Below, piece by piece: positions 43,005 to 52,429 of a stretch of DNA of 64,000 nt. The notes under the pieces were generated by a model. That model was not told the origin of the DNA, made no database searches, and was given only the letters and a program-made list of their open reading frames with translations. The first letter of the stretch is position 1. Each line of letters starts with the position of its first letter. This stretch comes from an uncultured Acidimicrobiales bacterium. GTDB taxonomy: Bacteria > Actinomycetota > Acidimicrobiia > Acidimicrobiales > SZUA-35. The position numbers and the translations under genes were made by a program. The stretch is from positions 683 to 64,682 of the forward strand of contig CAVRSZ010000005.1 in assembly GCA_963723995.1 (NCBI GenBank). Reading direction: 5' to 3'.

Positions 43005-44389
43005 CGCAATGGCGTCAGATGGAACAACCGTCGCGTTTCGCACGGCTGTTCCGCCGCAATGGAGAAACGTTCGTCGCAGTAGAGGCGCAGGTGATCCTCG
43101 GTGTAGTCGGCGTGGACCTCATGGCAACGCTTGTTGACGGTCAGTCGCTGAGACATCGGATCGTCCAGGGGCACCCATTCGATGACGACCTCGGCCCCCA
43201 AAGACGCCAGCCAGTCGATGACCGCGGCCAGCGGGAGGTTGGAGCCGATGACGAGGTGATGGATCACCGCCAGCATCAACACCAGGTCGGGCGTTCCCCG
43301 CGCCTCCAGCGGTGTGCGCTCGGTGCCCCGCCAGCCCAGCCCGGGCGAGGGATCGGCCAGATTGATCACCAGCGGCAGCACATTGTGGGGCCCGTCGGTG
43401 GTGAGCTTGCGGTAGGTGGCGTCGACCGTCACCTCATCGGCATCCATGGCGACCACGACGTCAGCCATATCGGCCACGGCGGCCGAGAAGTGGCCGTCGT
43501 TTGCGCCGACATCCCACACCAGACCACGATGGCGCTGCCCTGCGATCTGGCGAACGAACGCCTCCTTGATATCTCGTTGGCCGGCCACGTGGCCACATGA
43601 CGCGTAGTCGCTCCACGAGGAGGAGCCGGGTGACCATCGGGTCTTCTGGATCACCTTGCGCACACGCTGAACGTTGCGGATGATCATGTCGGCGTTGAAC
43701 CCGGCTGCCGACAGCTCGGAGCGAACGTCGCGGTCGCTGTTTTTCGTTGTGGCTCGTTCGGCTCGGGCCTGGAGCACCACGTCGGCCAATACACCCGGTT
43801 TGATTGTTCGACGCGATCGAAGAAAGGCCCGTGCCGTGGCAGCCGGGATTCCGTCGAGCGACCCGCGCAGCAGCGGTTGAAACGGCACCTCAGCGTGGGC
43901 CCGCAGGAGTAGCGGGTAGAGGAACTGTCGGCAGAACTGGCCGTATCCGAGCCACGGTTCGCCCGCCTCGTAGCTGCAGAAGGATCCGACATCGGCGAAG
44001 ATCGGCGACGAGCCGATGAACTGCACGTTATACGGGGTGGCGTCCTTCATGGTGAGGCCCGATCGAAGCGCCTCCTCCAACAGATCGAGGTGCAGGAGCG
44101 CAGCGTCACGCAACATGGAGAACGACCACTCGTAGGGGTAGCTCCAGAACGGTATCCGCTGATGCTTGAGATAGGTTGTGCCGTCCCGTATGACCTCGTC
44201 GGTGGCCACGAGCCGTCCACCGGCGACCCAGTCGGTCAGTCGTTGCGAGTCACGCAGTGCGTGCCAGCCCTCGAGGCCCTCCGACGACAGTGTGCGGTAG
44301 ACGTCGCCGTCGGAGTAGAAGACTCGACTCGCCGGGTCACGAAACGAACCCGGATCGTACCGTCCCCCGAGGGGCGCCGTACCGACCAC
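43001..44389 (-). CDS. NoeA-like kinase-fold plus SAM methyltransferase protein
   Basis: SFRDP, SYPYEWSF, KDATPYN, DVGANDG, LAVIHHL. Confidence 0.85.
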   Translation of the reverse strand: MVGTAPLGGRYDPGSFRDPASRVFYSDGDVYRTLSSEGLEGWHALRDSQRLTDWVAGGRLVATDEVIRDGTTYLKHQRIPFWSYPYEWSFSMLRDAALLHLDLLEEALRSGLTMKDATPYNVQFIGSSPIFADVGSFCSYEAGEPWLGYGQFCRQFLYPLLLRAHAEVPFQPLLRGSLDGIPAATARAFLRSRRTIKPGVLADVVLQARAERATTKNSDRDVRSELSAAGFNADMIIRNVQRVRKVIQKTRWSPGSSSWSDYASCGHVAGQRDIKEAFVRQIAGQRHRGLVWDVGANDGHFSAAVADMADVVVAMDADEVTVDATYRKLTTDGPHNVLPLVINLADPSPGLGWRGTERTPLEARGTPDLVLMLAVIHHLVIGSNLPLAAVIDWLASLGAEVVIEWVPLDDPMSQRLTVNKRCHEVHADYTEDHLRLYCDERFSIAAEQPCETRRLFHLTPLR

Positions 44390-44392
44390 CGA

Positions 44393-44575
44393 TCAGGACT
44401 CTGTGGCTTGCTCCGCAGGAATCTCGGTGGCCGGGACCGGTGCTCCCGAGGTTCCTTTCGACCTGAAGAACCGACGACCTACCGTCTTGAAGAAAACCGC
44501 CAATCCTGCCGCTCCACCGAGAACGGTCTGAAGGATGAGGCTGCCGGTGCCGGCGTCGATATATCCCAGAATCAT
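44393..44575 (-). CDS. small membrane peptide of YID(P/A)GTGS type
   Basis: MILGYIDAGTGSLILQTVLGG; RBS; first gene of the operon. Confidence 0.75.
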   Translation of the reverse strand: MILGYIDAGTGSLILQTVLGGAAGLAVFFKTVGRRFFRSKGTSGAPVPATEIPAEQATES

Positions 44576-44689
44576 GGTGTCCTGCCCTTTACGTGGCCAT
44601 GGGCTGTTGCCCGTCTTCTAACCGGAGGTTACTGGTAGAGCGCCGATCATGGGCCGCGGGCCAAAATCGGGACGCCGGTGTCAGACCTG

Positions 44690-45064
44690 TTACCGTATAC
44701 CATCCCCCATTGGCAGACCGCCTCGCGACCGGCCTCGCCCGGCGAGATCAGGGCAACTTCGCCTCGGAGTTCCCGACCAGATCGGTCGCTCGACTCCGCC
44801 TGCGAACACAACCAGAGCACCGAGTCGAGGATCAGCAGGGTCCTCGACAACTAAGAGGTGAAAGCCGGCAACCGTTCGCCCGGCGAGCGTGAACCTGCGG
44901 CCAGGCCCGTGGGGTATCCCAACCTCCTCCCAGATGACATCGTTCTCCGCCAGTGCCTCGAGCACAGGGCGAAGGTCATGGCGCCGGAAGTCCTCGACTC
45001 GCTCAGCAGGAACCTGGGCGGCAATGTCATCAAGCGCCGAGTCACCGAGCCGGACCGGCCTCAC
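44690..45064 (-). CDS. hypothetical protein, putative toxin of a repeated two-gene module (C-terminus may be altered)
   Basis: Similar to 50360-50691 and 50922-51254; GTGA overlap with the upstream small ORF. Confidence 0.6.
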   Translation of the reverse strand: MRPVRLGDSALDDIAAQVPAERVEDFRRHDLRPVLEALAENDVIWEEVGIPHGPGRRFTLAGRTVAGFHLLVVEDPADPRLGALVVFAGGVERPIWSGTPRRSCPDLAGRGRSRGGLPMGDGIR

Positions 45065-45219
45065 GAACCGCGAGTCGCCCGATCAGCAGCAGCCTTCAGC
45101 TCCTCCGGCGTCCGACGATTCAACGCATCAACTGCACCAGGCGGGAGCTGATCATCGGGACCGTAGAACTTCAGACCTCGACGCTCAGTTGTCTCCGTTT
45201 GATTCGCCGACGATTCCAT
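45061..45219 (-). CDS. 52-aa hypothetical protein, putative antitoxin
   Basis: ATG start; stop overlaps the next gene's start (GTGA). Confidence 0.55.
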   Translation of the reverse strand: MESSANQTETTERRGLKFYGPDDQLPPGAVDALNRRTPEELKAAADRATRGS

Positions 45220-45374
45220 GGCGACGAAACTACTCGGCGCCACTGACAGACTCCGTCGAGTCGTATGGAAACCGGCGGTGTTCCCTGACCTCCGTTGGTT
45301 CGGGAAGGGCCGACAGACTCGACCAGGTCGCTGCCCGAACACAACAAGACCCGCCAGATCTGGCGGTTTCGGAC

Positions 45375-45417
45375 GAGCCTCCTGAGAGAATCGAACTCTC
45401 GACCTTTTCCTTACCAT
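45375..45417 (-). repeat. tRNA-Thr(GGT) 3' half, att-like copy 1
   Basis: ATGGTAAGGAAAAGGTCGAGAGTTCGATTCTCTCAGGAGGCTC; no D-arm or 5' acceptor strand. Confidence 0.88.
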
Positions 45418-45560
45418 CTCGCCGGATCGATTCACAGGCGTGCGTGGCCAGCCAGACCCGGCGTGGTTGCGTCGCTGCGAATGGCTGGTCGTCGCTACCG
45501 GCGGGTTGACTCAGGCTTGCAGTATGGCTTCCACGGATCGGACCGCCCACAGACAACAGG

Positions 45561-45831
45561 TCAGACAGCTTCCACGACTGAGCCGTAGCGCTGTTGAGCG
45601 GCCTGGGCCGAGGTGCCAAGGATCTGGCCGATCCGCTGCCAGGACAGCCCTTTCGCACGGACCTCCACCACTGCCTCGACGACCTTCTACTCGCCGCAGG
45701 CCCGAGTCAGAGCTGCTCGCTCCAGCAAATGCTCCTCAACGTGCCGCTCGTCTTCCGCAATCGGGTCGTACGCCTCCAGACGAGACGCCGGCCCGTCGGC
45801 GTTGTCGAGGATCTTGGATTGATCGTGGCAT
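45561..45831 (-). pseudogene. HTH antitoxin-like gene with a frameshift and an internal TAG
   Basis: Reconstructs to MPRSI..ILDNAD...LEAYDP...[23 protein letters not shown]. Confidence 0.75.
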
Positions 45832-45904
45832 CGCCTGCTCCCGGACCTTCGCTCTGGCAGCCAAACCGTTCCCGGCCACCGACTCGCCGGTACTCTGGCC
45901 TCTG

Positions 45905-46351
45905 ATGACCGCCCCAGTGCTCGTCGCCGTCACCTGGCCACACGCCACGGGCTCACGCCATCTCGGCCATCTGGCCGGCGCAAACCTGCCGGCCGACATC
46001 TTCGCCCGCCAACAGCGCATTTCGCGCAACGAGGTGCAGATGGTGAGCGGATCCGACGTGCACGGCACACCGATCACCGTCCGGGCCGAGGCGGAGGGGT
46101 TCGCCTCCGAGCCGTGGAAGCTGGTCAGGTCCGACGTCGACCGGGTCCGGACCGTGCTCCACACCGCGCTGCGCGCCGTCAACGAGCTGCGGGTCATGCT
46201 GGCCCCCTACCTGCCGTTCTCGGCGGCCGCGCTCGACAAGATCCTCGGTCCGACCGACGAGTGGCGCCGGCCCGAACTGGAGGTCGGGCGCCCCATCGAC
46301 AAGCCGACTCCCCTGTTCCAGAAGACCGGCGTGGAGGCCGACGCCGACTGA
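45905..46351 (+). pseudogene. metG: methionyl-tRNA synthetase with a large in-frame internal deletion
   Basis: [23 protein letters not shown]...[10 protein letters not shown] joined directly to EPWKL...LAPYLPFS...PTPLFQK; 148 aa. Confidence 0.85.
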
Positions 46352-47496
46352 TGGCATTGCTCGGTGGCATCCGGCGACATCGGGTGACGGCCCTGCTGGC
46401 CGCCCTCACCATCGGCGCCATCGCCTGCGGTGATCCCCGGCCCGAGATGAGGTCGGCCGAAGTGACACCCGGCGACCCGACCGACATCGACGGAGACGGC
46501 GACCAGGTGGCGGATCCCCCCGACCCCTCCCCCGGCGAGACGACGCCGTCCTCGACCCAAGCGGGCGGTGGCGCGACGCTCTGTGGCCCGATCGACACCA
46601 CGTCGGCCGGTCGGTTGGATCGGGCCGAGGTGACCGAGGCATCGGGCCTGGCCGCCAGCAGCCGCCATCGAGGCGTGCTGTGGACCCACAACGATTCGGG
46701 CGGGGCGGCCGGGGTCTACGCCTTCGACCTCGACGGCCGGGACCTCGGCTTCTTCGCCCTCGTCGACGGCGGCGAGCCGGTGACGCTGGTCGACGCCGAG
46801 GACCTGGCCATCGTCGACGGCACCCTCTACCTCGGCGACATCGGTGACAACGGGCGGCGACGGAGCTCCGTGGCCATCCACGTCTTCGAGGAGCCGACCG
46901 GGGTGGGCGGCGACGGCACCATGGAGACCAGCCGGGTCGTCGAGGTCCGCTATCCGGAGGGTCCGACCGACGCCGAGGCACTGCTGGTCGACCCGATCAC
47001 CGCTGAGCTGGTGATCCTGTCGAAGGACTCCGAGGACACGTCCGGCCCGACCCGTATCTACACCGTCGACCCGATCGCGGCCGAGGACGACGGGACCTCC
47101 GGCCGCGGTGGTGAGCCGATCGAGGCGACCCTGGCCGGGACGGTCGACGTCGTCGCCCTGACCCGCTCCTCCACGGCCGGCGATTTCAGCCTGGCCGCTC
47201 TCCTCTTCCCCGGTGCGGTGACCGGAGCCGACGTGAGCCCCGCTGGGGACCTCATCGCCATCCGGACCTACGGCTCGGTGTGGTTGTTCGACCGGGCGCC
47301 GGGCCAATCGCTGGTTGCGGCACTACAGGGGCCGGCCTGCGAAGGCGGGGCCGCAGCCGAGGGGCAGGGCGAGGCGGTGGCCATCCTGCCTCCCTCCCGC
47401 AACGGCGGTGGGGATCCCCGCTCGGTCGAGTACGTGACCGTCGGCGAGGGTCGGGCGCCGCCCGTCAACGTCCAGCGGGTCGAGCTGGGCCGGTAG
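46351..47496 (+). CDS. putative lipoprotein with a beta-propeller-like domain
   Basis: Lipobox AIACG; EASGLAAS, WTHNDSG, GDIGDN, DAEAL, QGEAV. Confidence 0.8.
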   Translation: MALLGGIRRHRVTALLAALTIGAIACGDPRPEMRSAEVTPGDPTDIDGDGDQVADPPDPSPGETTPSSTQAGGGATLCGPIDTTSAGRLDRAEVTEASGLAASSRHRGVLWTHNDSGGAAGVYAFDLDGRDLGFFALVDGGEPVTLVDAEDLAIVDGTLYLGDIGDNGRRRSSVAIHVFEEPTGVGGDGTMETSRVVEVRYPEGPTDAEALLVDPITAELVILSKDSEDTSGPTRIYTVDPIAAEDDGTSGRGGEPIEATLAGTVDVVALTRSSTAGDFSLAALLFPGAVTGADVSPAGDLIAIRTYGSVWLFDRAPGQSLVAALQGPACEGGAAAEGQGEAVAILPPSRNGGGDPRSVEYVTVGEGRAPPVNVQRVELGR

Positions 47497-47539
47497 GCGG
47501 GAGGCGGGACGGATCAGCCCGGAGCGCACCGACACCATG

Positions 47540-47810
47540 TCAGAGAGCGTCCACGACTGGGCCGTAGCGCTGTTGAGCTGCCTGGGCCAAGGTGCCGAGA
47601 ATCTGGCCGATCCGCTGCCGGGACAACCCCTTCGCGCGCCCACCACTGCCTCGCCGACCGTCAGCTCGCTGCGAGCCCGGGCGAGAGCTGCTCTCTCCAG
47701 CAGATACTCCTCAACGGTACTCTCGTCGTCATCCTCCGGGTCGTACGCCTCCAGGCGAGCCGTCAGCTCGCCGGCGTGGTCGAGGATCTTGTGGATTTGT
47801 CGTGGCATCA
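47540..47810 (-). pseudogene. second copy of the HTH antitoxin-like gene, frameshifted
   Basis: MPRQIHKILDHAGELTARLEAYDP...[19 protein letters not shown]; nucleotide similarity to 45561-45831. Confidence 0.75.
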
Positions 47811-47953
47811 TCCACACCAGGAAGCTCGCTCCGGCAGCCATGGCGTGGACGACGAAGTCCACCATCAGTTGCCGCATCGGAGCGTCGGCACGTCACGCCA
47901 TCAGAGCAAACGGTCAACCAGGTGCTGAGCTATCATCATCTCATGGAGCGAAC

Positions 47954-48054
47954 CTCGGCCCGGACCGTTAACGGCGGCAGGATCACCGGGCGACACCGTC
48001 TCGGCCCGGACCGTTGACGGGCGGCAGGATCACCGGGCGACACCGGCTCGGCCC
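47954..48054. repeat. ~46-bp tandem duplication
   Basis: CTCGGCCCGGACCGTTnACGG(G)CGGCAGGATCACCGGGCGACACCG twice. Confidence 0.85.
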
Positions 48055-48400
48055 AGGATGACACCGCTCCCCCGTCATTTCGCACGATCTCCAGGTCCAT
48101 TCGTCCGGCGTCATTGTCGACCCGCAGCGGAGTGAAGGTCCGCAGCAGCGGACGACCGTCGGCCCGCAGGGACTCGTTGCCGTCCCAGGTCGGCATCTCC
48201 AGCTCGTCGTCGCCGGGCCCCGGTACCAACAGTCGGACGCTGGCCGTCAGCTGGTCGACCTTCAGGGTTTTCAGGCCGTCACCGGTCACGGTGATGCGAA
48301 GCAGCCGGGGCCACCGTTCGACCCTCTCCACTACCTCAACCGGCTGCAGCGGCCGCGGCTCACGACGAAGCTTGCGTCGGCGTTCCAGGCGATCGGTCAT
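48020..48400 (-). pseudogene. siderophore-interacting protein, FAD-binding half only
   Basis: LRITVTG, RPLLRTFTP, GAVSSWA...PGD; NAD(P)H-binding half absent. Confidence 0.75.
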
Positions 48401-48552
48401 GCTTCCATGATGGTGGCGGGCGTCGAGGTTGACCGCGCCGGCATGGAAGCCAGCCGCAACTGTATGTCAACTATCCGAGAATCATGCCCGGCAGGACTTC
48501 CCGCAACTGCACGTTATCGGTGAGACTGTCGACAGAGAACAGTCCCGCCCGG

Positions 48553-48985
48553 ATGCAGGGATCGATCGTGCCGGTCGCCCCGTTCCCGCCGAACCCTCCG
48601 GCCGGATTCGTGCGTCACGTCTACGAGCATCGATGGGAGATCGGTCGACCGCGATCGGCTGTGTGGTCCTGGCTGTGCGATCCGGCGACGTTCACGGACG
48701 GTCAGGTCCCACCGTTTCGGGTCGAGTTCTTGACGAACGCCGCCGGCGAGACGGGATTCGCCGAGGGCGTCTACAACGCCCACGCGGGGCCGTTCATGTC
48801 GTTCGCTGGTGTGCTGGGCGTGATCGAGCCCGAGCACTACCGTGATCTTCAGTACTTCTACGGCAGCTACGCAATCAGCCATGCGCTCTTCCGGCCCACC
48901 CGGCTCCAGTTCTGGCTCGAGGACGGAACCGCCGAGGGAACGACCATGATGCGCCTCCAGCTCGACGCCGACGTCCGTCGCGACT
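48553..48985 (+). pseudogene. hypothetical SRPBCC-like protein, 3' end apparently lost
   Basis: Coding-like codon usage up to LDADVRR, then the frame overlaps the next gene out of frame. Confidence 0.45.
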
Positions 48986-48992
48986 TGCCCTC

Positions 48993-49664
48993 GTGTTGCC
49001 GGCGTTGCTTGCGTTGCTGGCCGCCTGTGGATCGGACCGTGCCGCCGACTCGATCTCGGCCCCCGGGACGGCGACTTCCTCCGCCGACGACGGCGCCGAT
49101 GGCGACATCGCAGTCGAGCGGTCGGTGTCGTCCTTGACGACTGCACCGTCGGAGCCGCCGGCCCAGGACTGTCGACCGTTGGCCGACCTGGAAGATGCCG
49201 ACGAGCTCAACCGCTGGCGGATCGCAAACGACGGGGTGATGGGCGGTCGTTCCAGCGCCAACGCCGATGTCGTCGACTCCGTTCTGATCCTCAACGGGGA
49301 GATCGTCACGGACGGCGGCGGGTTCTCGTCGGTTCGGCTTGCGCTCGAAGAGCCGCTTGGTGACGCCACCGGACTGCTGCTCCGGGTTCGGACCGATGGG
49401 CGATCCTATGAGCTGACGGCTGCCGATGCGCTACCCGGCCGTGACGTCCGGATCTCGCATCAAGGCCCCATTCCTGCGGTCGGAGAGGGCGCGTGGGAGG
49501 AGGTCGCGGTCGGCTTCAGCGATCTCGACACCTCGATCTTCGGTCAACCCGTCGACGTCGAACCAATCGAGCCGGACGCAGCCATGGAGGTTGGAATCAT
49601 CCTGGCCGACGGGCGTGACGGACCGTTCCGCTTCGAACTCGACTGGATCCGAGCCTGCCCCTGA
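48993..49664 (+). CDS. CIA30-family lipoprotein
   Basis: LAACG lipobox; WRIANDGVMGGRS, GGGFSSVR, DGRSY. Confidence 0.85.
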   Translation: MLPALLALLAACGSDRAADSISAPGTATSSADDGADGDIAVERSVSSLTTAPSEPPAQDCRPLADLEDADELNRWRIANDGVMGGRSSANADVVDSVLILNGEIVTDGGGFSSVRLALEEPLGDATGLLLRVRTDGRSYELTAADALPGRDVRISHQGPIPAVGEGAWEEVAVGFSDLDTSIFGQPVDVEPIEPDAAMEVGIILADGRDGPFRFELDWIRACP

Positions 49665-49877
49665 GCCGCCGGCATCGATCGTGTTCAACATCCCCCTACC
49701 CGGTCACCAAGGTCGGGGGACACTGACACCCCCGCACCGAGGGCCGTACCACCGACCCTGCCCGAACCCGGCCGCTCGCGTCCAGTACTCCAGACAGCGG
49801 CACCCCTTGTCGAGCTTGGACTCGTGCCTTTGATGCGCTCCAGACGGTCGTCTGCATATCGCAAGAGCCCGCCTTGC

Positions 49878-50370
49878 GAGCCTCCTGAGAGAATCGAACT
49901 CTCGACCTTGTCCCTTACCATGCCTGCTGTATCGGTACGGCAGCGTGCGTGGCCGGCCAAACCAAGCGTCCTTTCGTCGCTGAAGGTCGATGGTTCTCGA
50001 TACGGGCAGGTTGACCGAGGCTTCCTCGCCGCTCACCGCCTTGGACAGCAGGTCAGACAGCTTCCACGATTGGTGAGCAGCTGAGCCCACTACGGCTAGA
50101 ACTGAGAGCGAAGTGGCAGTAAGGCTCTCAGCCGAACGTTGTCACCAGGCCCGACTACGGTGGACACCATGGAAACGCCAACCTCGCCCAGGGCGACAGA
50201 CCGGCATGGGAACCAATTGCCGTCCTCGCCAACTACACGAGACATCGACCGCCAAGCGGATCAGCTTCGAATCATCGATGACACGGACCTTCCGGCCGAA
50301 GTGACCGACCGGATACCTCTCGAGGACCTGGAGCGACAACGTCGTCAAGCGCTCAGCCGGTGACTCGGCC
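49878..50370. repeat. ~490-bp direct repeat A, starting with tRNA-Thr 3' half copy 2
   Basis: Aligns end to end with 51927-52429. Confidence 0.9.
50169..50363 (+). CDS. 64-aa hypothetical protein, putative antitoxin
   Basis: Frame and length conserved in both repeat copies; GTGA overlap at the stop. Confidence 0.6.
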   Translation: METPTSPRATDRHGNQLPSSPTTRDIDRQADQLRIIDDTDLPAEVTDRIPLEDLERQRRQALSR

Positions 50371-50691
50371 GTGTCGGGTCGACCATCGAGGAGGACATCA
50401 GAAGTCAACTTGACACCGAACAGGCGACTCTCTTTTTGGCGACACGACCTACCCGCTGCGCTGACCCTGATCTCCAGGAACGGAGTGTGGGAATCGCTAC
50501 CAGAGCACGGAGGCGGGCGTCGACTCACCGTCGAAGGACTGACGGTCGGAGCGTTTCACCTCTCCCTGAGGCAGCTGGATTCGGGGCGGATCAATCGGTG
50601 CCGATCGGTACATGTCGGGGGTATGGGCTACCCTCCATCCGCCGACTGGGCTCGACGCACGGCCCCTGTCACACTCATCACCTACACTTGA
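50360..50691 (+). pseudogene. frameshifted homolog of 44690-45064
   Basis: VGSTIEEDIRSQL / SFWRHDLPAAL...VWESLPEHGGGRRLTVEGLTVGAFHL. Confidence 0.6.
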
Positions 50692-50694
50692 CTC

Positions 50695-50916
50695 ATGGTG
50701 AATCGGAACAGTCGAGGTGAATTCTCGTTCGACCGCTCAACGGCCGAGGGGCGGCGGGCGGAGATGGCCTACCTCGACAGCCTCAGCGACGCAGAGCGCA
50801 ATGCCTACGACCCCGGGCACCGATACGTCACGGCCAACCCGGCCACCACACCTGAGCGAGAAGCTCGCCTCGCTGAACAGCTGGCCAACATCAACGCCAC
50901 CGTCACCGACGCCTGA
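50695..50916 (+). CDS. 73-aa hypothetical protein, putative antitoxin
   Basis: ATG start; coding-like codons; directly precedes 50922. Confidence 0.6.
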   Translation: MVNRNSRGEFSFDRSTAEGRRAEMAYLDSLSDAERNAYDPGHRYVTANPATTPEREARLAEQLANINATVTDA

Positions 50917-50921
50917 GCGGT

Positions 50922-51254
50922 TTGCGACTCGACCCCACTTGGCGCCCGAGGCTGGAGGCCCAGGTCCGCCGACAGCTGCCGGCGGATCGCGATCTGGAGC
51001 GCGGCCTCTACTCCGCCGACGACTTCATTCGCTACGACCTGACCGACGATCTACTGGACTACCTGGTAGCGGCGTTTGACGTGCTGGAGATTATCGACAT
51101 CGGCTACCGTCGGCTTCGCGTCGACAACGCCGTGACCGTTGAGTCTTTCGACCTCGTGGCCCGCTCTGACCCGGACGAGCCGACCCTCGTGATCCCCGTC
51201 CTCGTATCCATCTGGCCCTGGGAACCCGAGGAGCCAGCCGATAACTCGAACTGA
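50922..51254 (+). CDS. hypothetical protein, putative toxin (distant homolog of 44690-45064)
   Basis: RRQLPA...ADDFIRYDL...RRLRV...TVESFDL...DPDEP. Confidence 0.6.
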   Translation: MRLDPTWRPRLEAQVRRQLPADRDLERGLYSADDFIRYDLTDDLLDYLVAAFDVLEIIDIGYRRLRVDNAVTVESFDLVARSDPDEPTLVIPVLVSIWPWEPEEPADNSN

Positions 51255-51266
51255 CAGGCAGCGGGC

Positions 51267-51415
51267 CTAGTTGGTGACCGATATCGACTCGCGGTTGTGC
51301 CTCGAGTCGGTGAGCTGGTTGACCAACGCGGCGGCAACGTCCGCCCGGTTGATCTTGGTGATCGGTTCGGAGTTGGTTGCCGTGTAGTGTCCAACTCCTG
51401 GATCATCCCTGAGTA
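51267..51415 (-). pseudogene. 3' fragment of an NAD(P)H-binding (flavin reductase-like) protein
   Basis: LRDDPGVGHY...KINRADVAAALV. Confidence 0.6.
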
Positions 51416-51454
51416 CGGCCGCTCGACTACCAGGAGCCCTGGGAGGCCGGCGAA

Positions 51455-51851
51455 TTGTCCGGCGATCTACGGACCGACCTCGTTGCGGAGCTCGACGGCT
51501 TCGTGGCTGCCCTTCAACATAGCAAGCTGCCAGAGATCCTTGTCGCTGCGATGGACCGAGCATCAACCGATCCCTGCATCCGCGCCATGCAACGACTCCA
51601 TGACCCAGATCAGCCGCACCCCCGTGTGGACCGTCGTTGTAGCCGGCATCGATCGCGACGAACTCGACCCTGATCTCAACGAAGCGTCGGCGGCAGCTCA
51701 CACACTCGGCCCCCTTCTCTACCAGTGCCTCTTCGACAAAACGCCGATCGCATCGGCCGACGTGCAACGGAGCGCTGATGCCTTCTTGACGGCCTTCAGA
51801 ATCGAGCGTCCCGTCATACCCGTTTCCCTCGACGGGAAAGATCGACCGTAG
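51455..51851 (+). pseudogene. C-terminal ligand domain of a TetR-family regulator, frameshifted
   Basis: GDLRTDL...GIDRDELDPDL...LGPLLY; HTH domain absent. Confidence 0.6.
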
Positions 51852-51926
51852 CGACAATGGCTACGATCTCGTATCAACGGCAGCCCCGACCCGATCGGCC
51901 GCGACTCTGCGACCTGGGCATACTCG

Positions 51927-52429
51927 GAGCCTCCTGAGAGAATCGAACTCTCGACCTTTTCCCTACCATGCCCGCCGGATCCGTGCAGGGGCGTGCGTGG
52001 CCAGCCAAACCGGGCGTGGTTGCGTCGCTGAATGTCTTTGGTCGTCGATACCGGCAGGTTGACCAAGGCTTGCTGTAAGGCTTCCTCGCCGCGGACCGCC
52101 TTGTACGCAGGTCGGACAGCTTCCACGATTGGTGAGCAGCTGGACCTGCTTCGGCTAGAACTGAGAGCGACGCTGGCAGTAAGGCTCTCAGCCGAACGTT
52201 GTCACCGTGCCCGACTACGTGGACACCATGGAAACGCCAACCTCGCCCCAGGCGACAGACCGGCATGGGAACCAATTGCCGTCCTCGCCAACTACATGTG
52301 ACATCGACCGCCAAGCGGATCAGCTTCGAATCATCGATGACACGGACCTTCCGGCCGAGGTGACCGACCGGATACGTCTAGAGGACCTGGAGCGACAACG
52401 TCGTCAGCGCTTGAGCCGGTGACTCGGCC
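51927..52429. repeat. ~500-bp direct repeat B, starting with tRNA-Thr 3' half copy 3
   Basis: Aligns with 49878-50370. Confidence 0.9.
52228..52422 (+). CDS. 64-aa paralog of 50169-50363
   Basis: Near-identical protein; the downstream partner is reduced to a few codons. Confidence 0.55.
   Translation: METPTSPQATDRHGNQLPSSPTTCDIDRQADQLRIIDDTDLPAEVTDRIRLEDLERQRRQRLSR

Noticed and set aside
44630..44655. CTGGTAGAGCG resembling a tRNA D-arm
   Set aside because: No anticodon stem, T-arm or acceptor pairing follows, and it is on the opposite strand to the half-sites
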